From Vicugna vicugna (taxonomy: Eukaryota), in the NCBI GenBank assembly GCA_013265495.1, contig MU058289.1, positions 2,231,451 to 2,295,450 of the forward strand: 64,000 bases of DNA, written 5' to 3'. The notes beneath the pieces were generated by a model, which did no database searches, was not told the DNA's origin, and saw only the letters and a list, made by a program, of their open reading frames with translations. Position numbers and translations under genes: made by a program. Position 1 is the first letter of the stretch. Each line of letters begins with the position of its first letter. Of the stretch, positions 51,280-64,000 are shown one piece after another.

Positions 51280-51740
51280 AAGACACTAAGCTGGAAGGTG
51301 CTGCCAAGAAGATGTGCTCCTGGGTCTTTGGGGTGGACTCTGCTCATTCTTGTTATCCCTTGTTTTTTCTTTTCGTACAGGGTTCTTTGGGGAACAAACC
51401 TGGCCTGGCTGAATCAGTCACAGTGATTGGCTAAACATCTGCACAGGCACATGACCCAGCCTGGAGCAACTGACGTCGTCTGTTGGGAATTTGAATGGTG
51501 ACAGGAGTGACAAGGTCAGAGAGTGGTTGGAGCTAACTCATCACAACAGCAGCAGCTGTACCCGAATAGATTGTCTGTTCCCTCTCTCTGGAGCCCTGGA
51601 ATTGCCCTGGTTGCTCTCCTTTACGAGGTGATTCTGTTTTTACTTGGATTCCATGAGCTTCTCCAGACCCTTTCAACAGATTATTTGGTTTAAGTTAACC
51701 AGACTCTGGTTTCTGTTGCTTGTAAATGAAGACTCTGCTG
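51280..51740 (+). mobile_element. Old MaLR (MLT1-type) LTR
   Basis: ggcacatgacccagcctgg...tttaagttaaccag...ggtttctgttgcttgtaa. Confidence 0.55.
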
Positions 51741-52784
51741 CACTCTGGTCTTACACAAAGAGAAAATACATTAAGAGGTAAATTTAGCCCACCTATAGAT
51801 TATCATTAGGCAAAATTAGGTATAAACAATCTCAGAAAAGTAAAATCTGGCTTAGCTAAGTGGGTTCCCTAATGTCACCTATTAAAATCACGTGTACCTG
51901 CCAAGAAGTTCTTCCTTCATCTAATTTAAATTTTTCACTTTTTGGACTATATCCATTTAATGCTATTATCTCATTACATATTTATTTAAGGCTTATTAGC
52001 TGACAAGAATGGCAACATATTGATACAGAGTGATGAGTGCATGGGCACTCATTATATTCTTTACTTTCGTGAAATTTGAAAATTTCTATAAATTGTTCTT
52101 TTTTAAATGCCTATCAGGTGTATAACATGGTGGCAATATTGTGGGAAGTACAGGACAAGATCCTATCTTCAAAGGGTATATAAGGTAAAAGAATGAAAAT
52201 ACAGAACTCTTGGCCCAGGCAGAAAAACTTTTGTGAACACAGGTATAGAACAGGAGTCCCTCAGATACACGTGAAAATCTCAGAGGAACTTGTACTGACA
52301 TCAGGAAGCCAAACAGGCACACAATAATAAAGGTGAGTGAACTCTGTGGGGTGGGTACCAAGGCTGTGTGTTAACCACTTGCAAGGCTTCAACTTTAATA
52401 TATGTTAGAGGATGTGCTACTTTTGTTCAGTTTGATTGAGTGTGGCCTGGCCAGCTAGCTGCTAGGGCACCAACCATGAGAAGACAAATAGAAATAGAGA
52501 AACATGTTTGCCAGAACACCTCCAGGTAGGGGCGGAGCAAGGGGTGGGGCAGGGGGTGGGGCAAAGGTGGTGCTCTGAATGTACATATAAGGAATCCACT
52601 GATAAACGGTTTGGGTTGGGGGATGAGACCTTCAAGGGACATGTTCTGGCAAGAGTGGATGGCACATAATCTGCCTCCTAAGGCACACGGGTCCCATTAT
52701 CTGCAGGACTAGTGTAGCCTAGTGTCAAGAGCAGGCATTGTCATCAGATGACCTGGGTTTGGGTCCTAGCTCCACTACTTTTTT

Positions 52785-53540
52785 CTCTTTTTAAAATTTT
52801 TCAAAAAATTTTTTTATTTTGGTAAAATACACATAATATAAAATTTACCATTTTTACCATTTTAAAATGTACAGTTTGGTAGGGTTAAGTACATTCACGT
52901 TGTTGCACAACCAGTCTCCAGAATTCTTACATCTTGCAAAACTGAAACTCTATACCCATTAAACAACTCCCCACTCCCTCCTCCTCCCAGCCCCTGGCAA
53001 CTACCATTTTACTTTCTGTTTCTATAAATTTGACGACTCTATATGTTATCAGGTAACTCATGTAGGTGGTACCATACATCATTTGTCTTTTTATGACTGG
53101 CTTATTTCACTTAGTAAACCATCTTTGAGAATCATCCAGGTTATAGCATATGTCAGAATTTCCTTCCTTTTTTAAGGCTGAATAATATCCCATTGAATGG
53201 ATATACCATATTCATTTACATTGTTATCCATTCGTCCATCAATGGATACTTGGGTTGCTTCCACCTTTTGGCTATTATGAATAATGGTGCTATGAAATGG
53301 GTATAGAAATATCTCTTTATGACCCTGCTTTCAATTCTCTCAGTTATATACCCAAAAACTGAGTTGCTGGATCAAATGGTAATTCTATTTTTAAGTTTTT
53401 GAGGAACCACCGTCCAGTTTTTCACAGCAGCTGCACCATTTTACTTTCCCACCAGTAATGCATGAGTCTCCCAATTTCTCTGCATCCTCAACATTTGTTA
53501 TTTTCCTTTTCAGAATTTTTCTAGCCATTCTCATAGGTGA
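52785..53540 (-). mobile_element. L1 (L1MA/MB-type) 3' end, adjacent to a MIR fragment (52705-52780)
   Basis: aaaatacacataatataaaatttaccattttt...gaaactctatacccattaaacaactcc...ttttgaggaaccacc. Confidence 0.85.
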
Positions 53541-54789
53541 GTTTGGATGTTTTGATGCTCACATCTGGTTTGGAAAATGTAGATCTGTAACCTGTGGCAG
53601 AGGGTACTGAAAGTAGCCGTAGCTGGTAGTAGGAATCAAAGAGGTCTCTGCGGGAGAAGGTCACAGACCGGCTAATGCCAGAGAACCCGAAAGAGCTGGC
53701 AAGAGCCAGGCTGCCTAGATGAGGGAAGTACAGGAGAGCCACACCCAGAAAACTGTGCTTAGCTGGGGCTGCTTTCTACCACAAGTATGTAGAGAAAGGG
53801 CTGGCATGGTACAAAGAGGAACCAAAGTTATTAAAAGAATGGAGGAATTGGTCCAGAGCTAAGACTAAAGCTCCAAGGGGTAGTTTGGGTCATTGGTGTC
53901 CACTAGGTGCAACAATAGGATGGACAGAGCCAGAAAGGGAAATTTTTTTTTTAAAGAAAAGGAATGTTTTAAGTAGGGAAAATTTACTAGCAATATGGCA
54001 AGGACTTAAAAAGGAGCATCTGAGTTCAATATTAGACACACAAAAAAAATACGAAGATAAAGCTATGCAAAATGAGGAATAGTTTTACCAGAAAGTGAGG
54101 AAGTACTATTTTTGGAACTCCCTCTGTTGAAAGAGGTTTGTCTTATTGGAGGGAAAGTTCAATCTTTCTACAGATCAATCAAGGAACAGAAGAATGTTCA
54201 GTCTCTGGCTTCTTTGAGAGAGATATATATATTTGTTAAACTTTGTCATGTTCACATTTCCCTATTTCCAATTGATTTCGGAAAACTTTCAAAGTTCACA
54301 TTCAGCGTGTCTGAAACCCAACGCATACTCTTCCGCCCCTCCCACCCCACCTCTGACAAATTCCCCAGACTGCACAGCTTTCCCTGCCCAGGTAGATGAA
54401 GTCATGCCACCCCTCCTGCCCTTTGGAATCACCTTCACTCCTCCTCCCCTTCACCTACCCGGTCAGTGGTTTCTTCTTCTGACTGCTTTCTGAATCTGCA
54501 TCATTCTCCGCTGCCCTAGATCTGACCCTCTCCCCAGCCTTATCTACAGTGTGTGGCAGCAACTTCCCAGCTCACCTCTAGTCTCCATCCTCACCTCCTC
54601 TGCCTCTGCACTCACCTCCAGCATTCCCAAGCCCCAAAGCCACCCCACCCCCGACTGCTGTACAGCTGGTCAAGCCCCAACCCATCTTTGACTCCTGGTT
54701 TCCCAAAGAGTAGTCCAAAAACCTTCAAGTGACCTTCAAGGCAAATTAACCTCCACCTCATAAACATTCACCACTTCCACTATTCACCA

Positions 54790-55350
54790 TCTGTGTTTTT
54801 TAAAAGTTACAATATTGGCAAAACAATATTATTCTAACAACAAAAATTCAAGGCAAAAATTTCCCACAGTCTCCATTTGCATACAACCATAGTGTCCTCT
54901 AGTCCTTGGCCATATGCTCAGTCCATGTTTTCAGACTTGCAGTGATGTGGATAGAATTTTATATCTTCCTATTTTACTTAACGTAATATACTGAATAATA
55001 TTCTATCTTGTTAGTAACATTGCCAGATCAGTGCCCCAAAGCATTGCTGCAATTCACCTTTCTACCAGCAACGTACAAGAGTGACTGATTTCATACATTC
55101 TCAACAGCCACTCTTTCATTTTTGACAATCTGATGAGGGTTTTTTTTGTTTTTTGTTTTTTGTAGAAAGAAAAGTACCTCAGTTTCTTCACATGTTTTTC
55201 AGCTCTTTGAATTTCTCTTCCTGTGAAAAGCTTATTAAATCCCTTCCCTACTTCTATTGGGTTGTATGTTTTCCTTCCCAAGTTGAGGATTTTTGTGTAC
55301 TGAGGATTTTAACCCTTCATCTGTCATGTGCATTGCAAGCTCCTTCCCCT
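54790..55350 (-). mobile_element. Ancient L1 fragment
   Basis: Diverged L1ME-like 3' sequence (attgccagat...taccagcaacgtacaagagtg). Confidence 0.45.
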
Positions 55351-55519
55351 TATAGATTTCTCAGCCCCTCTTCAGTCCTGAGTCGGAAAATGAAATAGCC
55401 TTCATCACGTCACAGGAGAATGCATCCAATTTTCTGTCTCTTTGGGCAGCCCCATTGTCCATGCCCCATTGTCCATCTCCTCCTCAACTGGCTAATTCCC
55501 TTTGAAGTGGAATGATGCT

Positions 55520-56700
55520 TAACTGTCTCTGTTGGTAAGAAAGGATGGAAGTGAAGGACCAGAGACCCTGGATGAGTGAGGGTGTCGGGGGTAGGCTGAG
55601 GAATGGCATAAGGAGATTGGAGAGATGAAGATCATACAGAGCCTTGAAGGATTTATTATAAGTGCAAGTGGAAGGTATGAGCTGGAATATATTTGTGAAA
55701 GGATGCCTGTAGCCGCTGGATGGGAAATGCACTAAGGGAGCAGGACTGAAAGCAAGGAGCCCAGTTAAGAGGATATTGTTGTGGTCCGGGAGAGAGACAG
55801 TGGTGGTTTGCATGAGGGTACTGGCAGTGGGTACAAGGAGAGGTTGATGGACACGTTTTGAGCCATAATGAAGAGTTAAATATGGTCAATAGATTATGCT
55901 GAGAGATCAGACATGGAGCGGTGAGATGGAGATGGAGACTCACTCCTGAGATTCTGGCTTAAATCACTGGATAGGAGAATCTGATTGGGTGGGGAGTTGA
56001 CAAGGAAAATATGATTCAGTCTTAGACTTGTCAACTCTGAGCCACCTGTGAAACCACCAGATGGATAGGTGAGATGTTAGAGGATGGAGCTCAGTCTTGG
56101 CATCTGGGTTGGGGACACAAATTTGGAGATAAGCAGGAGATAGACGGTATTTAAAGCCAGGGGAGAGGAGGTGCCGATAAAGGAGACTATTGAATCTGGA
56201 AGCCCAGAAGTCACCTTACCAAGAGCAGTTTCAATAAGTGCATGGGGCATGGTGAATATATTGGACTGAGTTGGAAAATTCATAAAAGGTGAGGAAGTGG
56301 TGATGGCACAGAGACAACTCTGTCAAGACACTTAGTTGTGAATAAAGAGTTAGGAAATAGGAAAGTGGGTGAAAAAGATGTGGAGTCAAGAGAGTTGTAT
56401 GGGGAATACCAGAACATGGCTGCTGAGAAGGTGGCAAATGGGTCTAGAGCAGGAGAGAAAGGCTTGACTGCGGGCAGGAGGAGGTCACCTCCCTTGTCAC
56501 AATAGAAGGGGCAAAGGAGAAGATGGGTGCAGATGTGGGATGTCTGTAGATCAGATGGCAGCAAGGTGAGAGGGGTCCTGAATGGTGGGAGGAAAGTGGG
56601 GGTGCTGGCAGGAAGGGAGGGGAGATGGGGATAGAGAGAGAATGAGATTGAGAAAAATATTTACAGAGTGGAGAAAAGAAAGCAGTTCTTAGATTGTTAA
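55520..56700 (-). mobile_element. L2 LINE fragment
   Basis: gaaagcaaggagcccagttaagaggatattgttgtggtcc...gggacacaaatttggagat...gagcagtttcaataagtg. Confidence 0.8.
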
Positions 56701-56799
56701 GAAGAGTGAAGAAAAAGCCCAGCTCAGGATTCAGAATGCCAAGAATAAAGAGAAAATTCTCCAAGAAAAAGAGAGAGACAGAAAGAGAGAGAGAGAGAA

Positions 56800-57560
56800 C
56801 AAAATCACACACAAAGGAATGATGATCCTATCAACATTGTATCTCTCATTGACAACACTGGATACTAGGAGACGATGGAACACCGTATAGATAGTTCAGA
56901 GAGGAAATATAATTTTTGAACCCAAAGCTCTATTCCAAGTCAAACTAGCATTCAAATGGAAAACACAAAACAAAGACATTTTCAGCCATCAAAAGTTTCA
57001 TAGTTGACACTCACAGACATCCCTGAAAAACTTACCAGGGGATGAATTCCAGCAAGTCGGAAAATGAATCCGTGAGAAATATATGTGATACTGCAAACAA
57101 TGACAGGCAAAGAAATGGGGGTAGAGGGTGTGCTTATAATGTAGTATGAATAATTGCTGGCTGGTTTTTTTTTTTCAGTTCAGCTGATGGAAGCATGAGA
57201 GGTAGTGGGGAAGAGAAGGAGGAAGGGACTGGAAATCCGCTAAGTTCTTCGTCTAATTCAGGGCGGGAAATTACTGATTACCTCTAGCTATTGATAGGCA
57301 GGAAAATGTCTGTTAAATGTAATCATAATCTTAAAAGAATGGAAGATGTATACATCCTATATATTCTAATCCCCAGAGGGAAATAATGGAACAAAAACAG
57401 CTCTTTTAATTCAAAGAAAATAAACGATTCTTAAAATGGGGGTGGGAGGGAAATCATTCTATTCAGAAATAGAAAACCCAAAAGAGATGGTATAAACAGT
57501 TCTCAACATATCTCACTGAGGAAAGTGGAAGAATGAGTTACTAGAAAAACATAATATTTC
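56800..57560 (+). mobile_element. Ancient L1/HAL1-like ORF1 remnant
   Basis: caacactggatactaggagacgatggaac...gaacccaaagctctattccaagtcaaactagcattcaaa resembles the ORF1 C-terminus. Confidence 0.45.
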
Positions 57561-57649
57561 TGAGCATGATTATCTTCTCTTTTCTACCCCAACTGGAAGG
57601 TGTCGAGGACCATCTCTAAAACTATCATCATTAATAAATATACTAATTT

Positions 57650-58100
57650 CTGTGGTTGTATAATAAATTACCCTCAAACACAGTGGCATACAACAACTGT
57701 TTATTTTGCTCATGGGTTCTGTGGAGCAGGAATTGGGACAGGGTACAGTGGCGGGAGATGGCCTGTCTTTGCTCCCCATGTTTGGAGCCTCAGTTGAAAG
57801 TCTCAAAAGCTTTTCACTCACACCATCTGGCAGTTGGTGCTGGCTGTTGACCGGGGGCCTCATTTCCTTTCCATGTGGCCTGGGCTTCCTCACAACATGG
57901 TGGCTGGGTTCCAAGGGCAAGCATCCCAGCAGAGGAAGAGCCAAATGGAAGCTGGAAGTCACACAGCATCACTCCATTCTGTTTGTTAGAGGTGACTCAG
58001 CCAGTCCAGCTCATATTCTTGGGGAGGAGAATCAGGCTCCACCTTTGGTGAGAGAAGAGTCGAAGAATTGGTGGACGTCTTTTAAAACCATTATAATATA
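57650..58100 (-). mobile_element. MaLR MLT1 LTR
   Basis: aattaccctcaaacacagtggcatacaacaac...gggcttcctcacaacatggtggctgggttcc. Confidence 0.8.
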
Positions 58101-58469
58101 ACCAAGTAGAATTCTTCATGATAAAACTAAGAATGTATTAAGTAAACAAACCTTAAAACTTTAATTCTACAGCAAAACATAATATTACTGAACGGAGATA
58201 ATATACAGCTATACAGATAGATTTTTAAGCATTAGTCTTAGCAATTTGTCACTAACAAACTTAAGTTTTGCAAGTTCCCTTTTTCACCAGCTATTAGATC
58301 AGGTAAACCTATTAGAATTACAATCAAGAAAACCTAGCTCTTTGCTATTCGTAGGCGATATGGACAAAACAAAGTAAAAATAAAAGGATAAATAGAAGCG
58401 ATTTTAAAACGTTAAAAAAGGGATGTAACAAATACATCAGATATCTTCAGGAAAATAATTCAGGGTGAA

Positions 58470-59120
58470 AACATTAGGGAATTTCACATCCACCAACATT
58501 ATCGGTAATCAAGAAAATAGACATTAAAACAACAATCAGCTATCAAACAAACAAAAATGTAAAGTATTGATAATGTCCATTGCTTGCACGGATGTAGGGG
58601 AGGGTATATATATTCACTGTTGTTGGGTGTGTGAAGTTCTAGGACAATTTTCAGGATCTGTTAAATTTTAAACCCCACACCCTTTGACCCAATAATTTCA
58701 CAATTAAGTATTCAGCCTACATACATCTTTATGAATGCAGTACTATGTAAATACTGTGCAGTATTTTTAAGAAGGAAGATTTATGTATAACAATATGGAA
58801 GGATTTCCAAAACACAACATTAAGTGAAAAAAGCAAGCAGCAGAGCAATACATACACCGCAAGCCCTCTTAGTTTTTAAATTACAGAACTAAATTATATA
58901 TCTATGTCTTATGTTCATACACATCCAAATACAAAGAAAAGTGGAAAGAAAGATATCCATTTAACTGGTAACAGTGGCTTCCTCTCAGGATTAAAAGTTT
59001 GGAATAAGAAGTTAATTTAAAATTTTTTCTTCTGTACCCTGCTATATTTTGGGTTTCTTAAACATAAAACTATACATATATTAGCTATATAACTTTTAAA
59101 ATTAAAAGCAAAATGAACTT
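58470..59120 (+). mobile_element. Ancient L1 3' fragment
   Basis: accctttgacccaataatttca...cattaagtgaaaaaagcaag. Confidence 0.55.
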
Positions 59121-59149
59121 TTTTTCTTGTTTTATATATATATGTATAT

Positions 59150-60310
59150 ACTTTTTTTTGGTAACTGCTTTACTAAGATACAATTCTCATACCATACAGT
59201 TTACCCACTTATGTACAATTTAATGATTTTTAGTATATTCACAGAGCTGTGCAACCATCATCACAATAATTTTAGAACATTTTCTTTGCCTTCAAAAAAA
59301 GCCTTTGGCTATCAGCCTCTCTCCAATTCTCCCATTCTCCCAGTCCTGGGTAAGCACTAATCCATTTTCTGTCTCCAAAGAATTGCCTGTTCTCAACACT
59401 TCATATAAATGGAATTACATAATATGTCATCTTTTGTAACTGGCTTCTTTCACTGAGCATAAAGTTTTCAAGGTTCTTCTGTGTTGTCGCATGTATCAAT
59501 ACTTCATTCCTTTCTATAGCCAAATAATATTCCATTGTATGGATATATGTACCATGTTTTGTTTATCCATTCAGCAGGTGGTGGGCAGTTAGGTTGGTTC
59601 CACTTTGGGCTATCAGAATAAATATTCGTATACAAGTTTTTGTGTGGACATAGATTTTCATTTTTCTTAGGTATATATATATCCAAGTGTGGAATTGCTG
59701 GATCAGATGGTAGACCTATGTTTAACTATTTGAGAAACTGCCAGACTGTCTTCCAAAGTGGCCGCACCATCTTACACTCCCACCAACAGTGTATGAGGTT
59801 CCAATTTCTCCACATCTTCACTAACAATTATTATTTGTCTTTTTGATTACTAGTGGGTATGGTAAAGTATCTCATTGTGGTTTTGATTAGTATTACCTGA
59901 TTACTGGTGATGTTGAACTTTCTTGTTCTTTTGGCACTTTGTCTATCTTCTTTGGAGAATGCTTAATCTGAATAATGCTTAATAATTGGCCCATTCATTA
60001 TTAATCTAATTTAATCTCCACAACAACAACAATTTTTTTAAATCAATTTACCATAGAGATATGGGTTTGTTTTTGGACTGTCAATTCTCTTCTGTTGATC
60101 TATGTGTCATTCTTATACCAGTACCACACTGTCTAGATCACTTTTGCTTTATAGTAAATTTTGAAATCAAAAAGTGTAAGTCCTTCAAACAATGTTCTTC
60201 CTTTCAAGATTATTTTGGCTGTTCTGAGTTCCTTGAGTTTCATGTGAATTTTATGATCAGTGCATCAGTTTCTACAAAGAAACAGCTGAGAGTCTGATAG
60301 GGATTGAATT
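59150..60310 (-). mobile_element. Old L1 (L1MB-type) 3' region
   Basis: gatacaattctcataccatacagtttaccc...gagaaactgccagactgtcttccaaagtggc. Confidence 0.8.
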
Positions 60311-60399
60311 AAATAAAATGAACTTTTTAAATGGTAGGTATTGTTATTATTATTTTCTGGGAAATAAAAATAATGTAGCATTTCATCAAGTGGTTACGG

Positions 60400-60980
60400 G
60401 AGTTAATAAATGTCAGTGTGTGTCATCATCTAGATCCAAAATTGCCAAATTCTCACTATCTTGCTTCCTATGTACATTTCAAAACCATGCTTCCTTCTCC
60501 ATCTCTTGCTCTACTTTTCTAGTTCAGGCTCCCAGCATTTCTGATCTGCATTACTGAGGCATCTTCCAGAAGTCACTCTGCTTTTACTCTGGTCTCCTCT
60601 AAATCATCCTCTAACTTGAAGTCAAAATCAGCTCTCAAAAGCTCAAATATGATCCTGTCTCCTCCTTTTGAAAAACACTTCAATGACTATCCATGGTCTT
60701 CAAGGTAAAGTTCAAATTTCTTGGCATACTTACAAGGCCCTTCTAAGTTTGGGTTCTGCTCACTTACTGCCCATTACACATCCCTCCTCAGTAATACCAA
60801 ACCAACCCTCTATTTCGGGCATGCCAAAAATCTCTAGTCCCAGAACACACCGGGCACTTTTATGCCTCCCTGCATGGGCACACAGGTGGCCTTCATCTGG
60901 AATGCCTTCCCCTCACATCTCTCTGGAAAACTCTTATTTCATCTTTCAAGACTTGGCTCAGACGTCATTTCCACTCTTGT
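60400..60980 (+). mobile_element. L2 LINE fragment
   Basis: aaaacacttcaatgact...tacaaggccctt...ctggaatgccttccc...tttcaagacttggctcag. Confidence 0.65.
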
Positions 60981-61089
60981 TAATGATGATACTGATGACA
61001 GTAATGATAGAACAGGCATTTGATATTAAAATTTAAGCCACAATAAGTATATAAAATTAAAATAAATAATGTCTTTTCCACCCTCAACC

Positions 61090-63580
61090 TCTAGCCACAC
61101 TCTTTTGCTCTGTCAATTTTTACTTTTTGTATTTTGAGGCTCTATTATTAGGTGCATACACATTTATGACTATCATATCTTTATAATGTATTGACCTTTT
61201 AATCTTCATGAAGCATCCCCTTTTCTGGTAATACTCATTGCTTTGAAGACTACTTAATTGATATTTTTATAGCCACTCTAGCCTTCTGGTGCTTGAAGTT
61301 TTCATGATATATCTTTCTTCATCCATTGATTTTCAACCTATTTGAGTCTTTATATTAAAAGTATGCTGCTGATAGATAACATGTAATTGTGCTTTGCATT
61401 ACTATCCATGCTAACAACCTCTGACTTTTAATTAGAATCCTAATCTTTTTTATTTACTATAATTATTTATATAATTAAATTTAAGCCTATAATTTTACTA
61501 TTTGCTTTCCATTTGTCCCTTTTATTTTTTTGTTCTTCTAGTTCTTTTCCTTTTTTTGGATTCATTGAGTATGTTTCAGAATTCCATTTTTACTTGTCCA
61601 TTTGTAGCTATACCTCTCTGCCTTATTTTTTGGTTATTTTTTGGAGTGATAATACTTCAGTCTAAAGTTACAAGATATACCTTTAGTTTTTCACAATCTG
61701 CTGAAAGTTTGTGTTACACCACTTCTCCTGAAATGGAGAAAGCTTGCAACCATGTAGGTCCATTTACATCCCCTATCCTTTATGCATAGTTGTTATAATT
61801 ATTATATCCATGTACACTATAAACCCCATAATATGTTATAATTTTTATTTAAGCAAGTACTTGTATTTTAAAGATATTAAGAGGACAAAAATAACCATTT
61901 ATATTTACCCACCTATTTACCATTCCCAGTCATCTTCATTCCATCCTGTAGATTTGAGTTTGAAGAACTTTCTGATAGAGCAGGTCTGCTGCTGACAAAT
62001 TCTCTTAAATTTCCTTTAATCTAAAAATCTTTATTTCATCTTTCTTCTTGAGGGATATATTCACTAAACACAGACTTCTGGGTTAACAGGGTTTTTTCCT
62101 CCCAGTACTTTAAAGATGTTGTGGGAGAGGGTATAGCTCAAGTGGTAGAGTGCACACTTAGCATGCATGAGGTCCTGGGTTCAATACCTTCATTATAAAG
62201 ATAAATAAACAAATAAACCTAATTACCTTCCCTGTAAACAAATTTTTTAAAAATAGAAATAAAAAAGATGTCTTCTGGCCTCCTTTGTTTCTGATAGAAG
62301 TCCCAGGTTATTTGCCTCTGTCTCCCTGTATAAATGTGTTATTTTCTCTGACTACTTTCAAGATTTTATTTTTATTTAGTTTTCAGAAATTTGACTACAG
62401 TGTCTCTAGGTGTGTTGTTGCTGTTGTTTTTAAAACCCTGCTTGGGAGTTTCCTGAGCCTCTTGAATCTATAAATGTATGCCTTTACCAAATTTAGCCAT
62501 TTCTTCAAACTCTTTCTTCAAACATTCTCTGGCCCGTTTTTTTTCTTTTTTCCTTCTAAGACTCCAATTATATGTATGTTCGACATTTTGATATTGTCTC
62601 ACAGGTCCTTCACATGCTGCTCTTTGTTTTTTAAATGTGTATGTCCTTCAGAATGGATAATTTCTATTGATCTAGCTTCAACTTTACTGAGTATTCCTTC
62701 TGTCATCTTTCTCCTGCTTTTAAAGCCACTCAGTGAATTTTTAATTTATGATACTACAATTTTCATTTCTGACATTGACTTTTCTGAGAAATTTTGAGAA
62801 TTTCCATTTGGTTCTTTTTTTTATTGTTTCTATCCTGCTGAGGTTTTTCTATTCTTTTATTTGTGGCAAATGCACTTCCTTTATGTCCAGGGGCACACTT
62901 GTAATAGCTGCTTTTAAGTCCTTGTCTCCTCTTCCTGTTTCAGAGTCATCTTGGAGTTGGGCTTCACTGGCTGTCTTTTTAATTTAGATTGTGGTGTGTT
63001 CTTGTTTTTTGGTTTACCAGGGAATTTTCATTGTACCCTGGATGTTACAGAGTCTCTGGATTCCATTAGGTTCTTCTGAAGAAAACTGATTTAGCTTTTA
63101 GCTTGTAGTTAACCTGACTGAACTCAGACTGTAAATTTTCTCTCTCCCCTGTGGTGGGTGGCAGGTCAAATTTAAGTTCAGTTCTGTTGGCCTTAGCTGG
63201 CTGTTTGGTGTCTGCCACATCTGTGTGCAGGTTAGGGGTCAACCAGAGATTTGGGCTCCCTCTCCTTTCTTGGATTCCCCTCTCCCTGCTCTTCAGTGAC
63301 TGTGGTTGCCCTAAACTGTGTCCTCTGGTTCATTAAGCCAATAATGAAGTGGGTTTTTCTAAAATTCATCAGAGTTTTAGCTGTCTTACATGCACACACT
63401 GGGGCCTGCCTTCAGGCTAAATGCTACCTAAAAAGAAAAAAACTCACTCTGTGATGTTCTTTTCTTCCAAGTGTCAACTTCCCTCCAGCATCTGTCTACT
63501 TTTTTTTCATTCTCCATTATCTTCAGGTAGTTGATTTTTAGATTTTGTCTAGAGTTTATAGTTGCATATCATTGGATTTT
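61090..63580 (-). mobile_element. Old L1 5' region (ORF1 to ORF2 start)
   Basis: tattttgaggctctattattaggtgcatacac; agactccaattatatgtatgttcgac...atttctattgatcta. Confidence 0.7.
62123..62263 (+). mobile_element. tRNA-Ala-derived SINE (Vic-1-like)
   Basis: gggagagggtatagctcaagtggtagag...ttagcatgcatgaggtcctgggttcaat; A-rich tail; TSD core aaagatgt. Confidence 0.88.
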
Positions 63581-63739
63581 GTTGATTGACTCTAAAGAAG
63601 CCTATGTTCAGAAAAAAATGGCTAGGAATCCCTGTTCTCATTGTTAAAGGGACTGTTATTTTTATCCCATATATGATTTTCTAACTCCTCACACATTGGT
63701 CTTATTTTATTTTCTTACTAGGACAGCTAATCCTCCACA

Positions 63740-63935
63740 TTTATCTAAGCACTATTAAATTGACGAGTTCTTCTATTTAATTCTCACAATTTCACTATGG
63801 GGAAGTTGACTTTATTGTTCCCATTTTACAGATAAGAAAACTGAGCAAGAGGGATTAAGCCACTTATCAAAGTCACTGGGCACAAGCGGCATTCAAACTG
63901 GCTGCTCACTCTACAGCCCATTTTCTTTCTCAGTC
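63740..63935 (-). mobile_element. MIR SINE
   Basis: cccattttacagataagaaaactgag...cacttatcaaagtcac...attcaaac. Confidence 0.8.
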
Positions 63936-64000
63936 TGGCTGTGAGACACAGCTTGCAAGGAGGACAAGTTCACAGGACCAAGGCCATAGCTGGAAGAAGA

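Noticed and set aside
55449..55476. 14-bp direct tandem duplication gccccattgtccat x2
   Set aside because: Ordinary slippage duplication with no further structure
1..64000. CRISPR arrays, operons or prokaryotic defence systems
   Set aside because: The sequence is mammalian and TE-rich; no regularly spaced repeat-spacer array or dense gene organisation is present

Overview
Mammalian (not microbial) genomic DNA, most likely a camelid: it carries tRNA-Ala(AGC)-derived SINEs of the Vic-1 type and young L1s with artiodactyl-type 3' ends. The first ~1.15 kb is a CpG-island promoter with a non-coding first exon on the minus strand (CAG|GTAAGG donor at 297/296). That gene runs leftward out of the window and I cannot name it. 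The remaining ~63 kb is upstream intergenic sequence dominated by transposable elements: a full-length but inactivated ~7.1 kb L1 with TSD, a full-length Tigger1 interrupted by a twin-primed L1, an internally deleted ERVL provirus with an MLT2-type LTR, solo LTRs, hAT/TcMar MITEs, L2s and MIRs. I see no intact protein-coding gene, and the ORF track is explained by TE remnants and GC-rich chance ORFs. I found no convincing novel biological system. The two best leads are (i) an orphan CpG-rich element at ~30 kb with a perfect TCTCGCGAGA motif, a YY1/Kozak ATG and a splice donor, which may be a distal alternative first exon, and (ii) a 553-bp MIR-containing segment inserted into an old L1 with a 13-bp TSD at a TT/AAAA site, which may be a retroposed cellular RNA or orphan transduction. 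Repeat subfamily names are from recall of consensus sequences and need RepeatMasker/Dfam confirmation.
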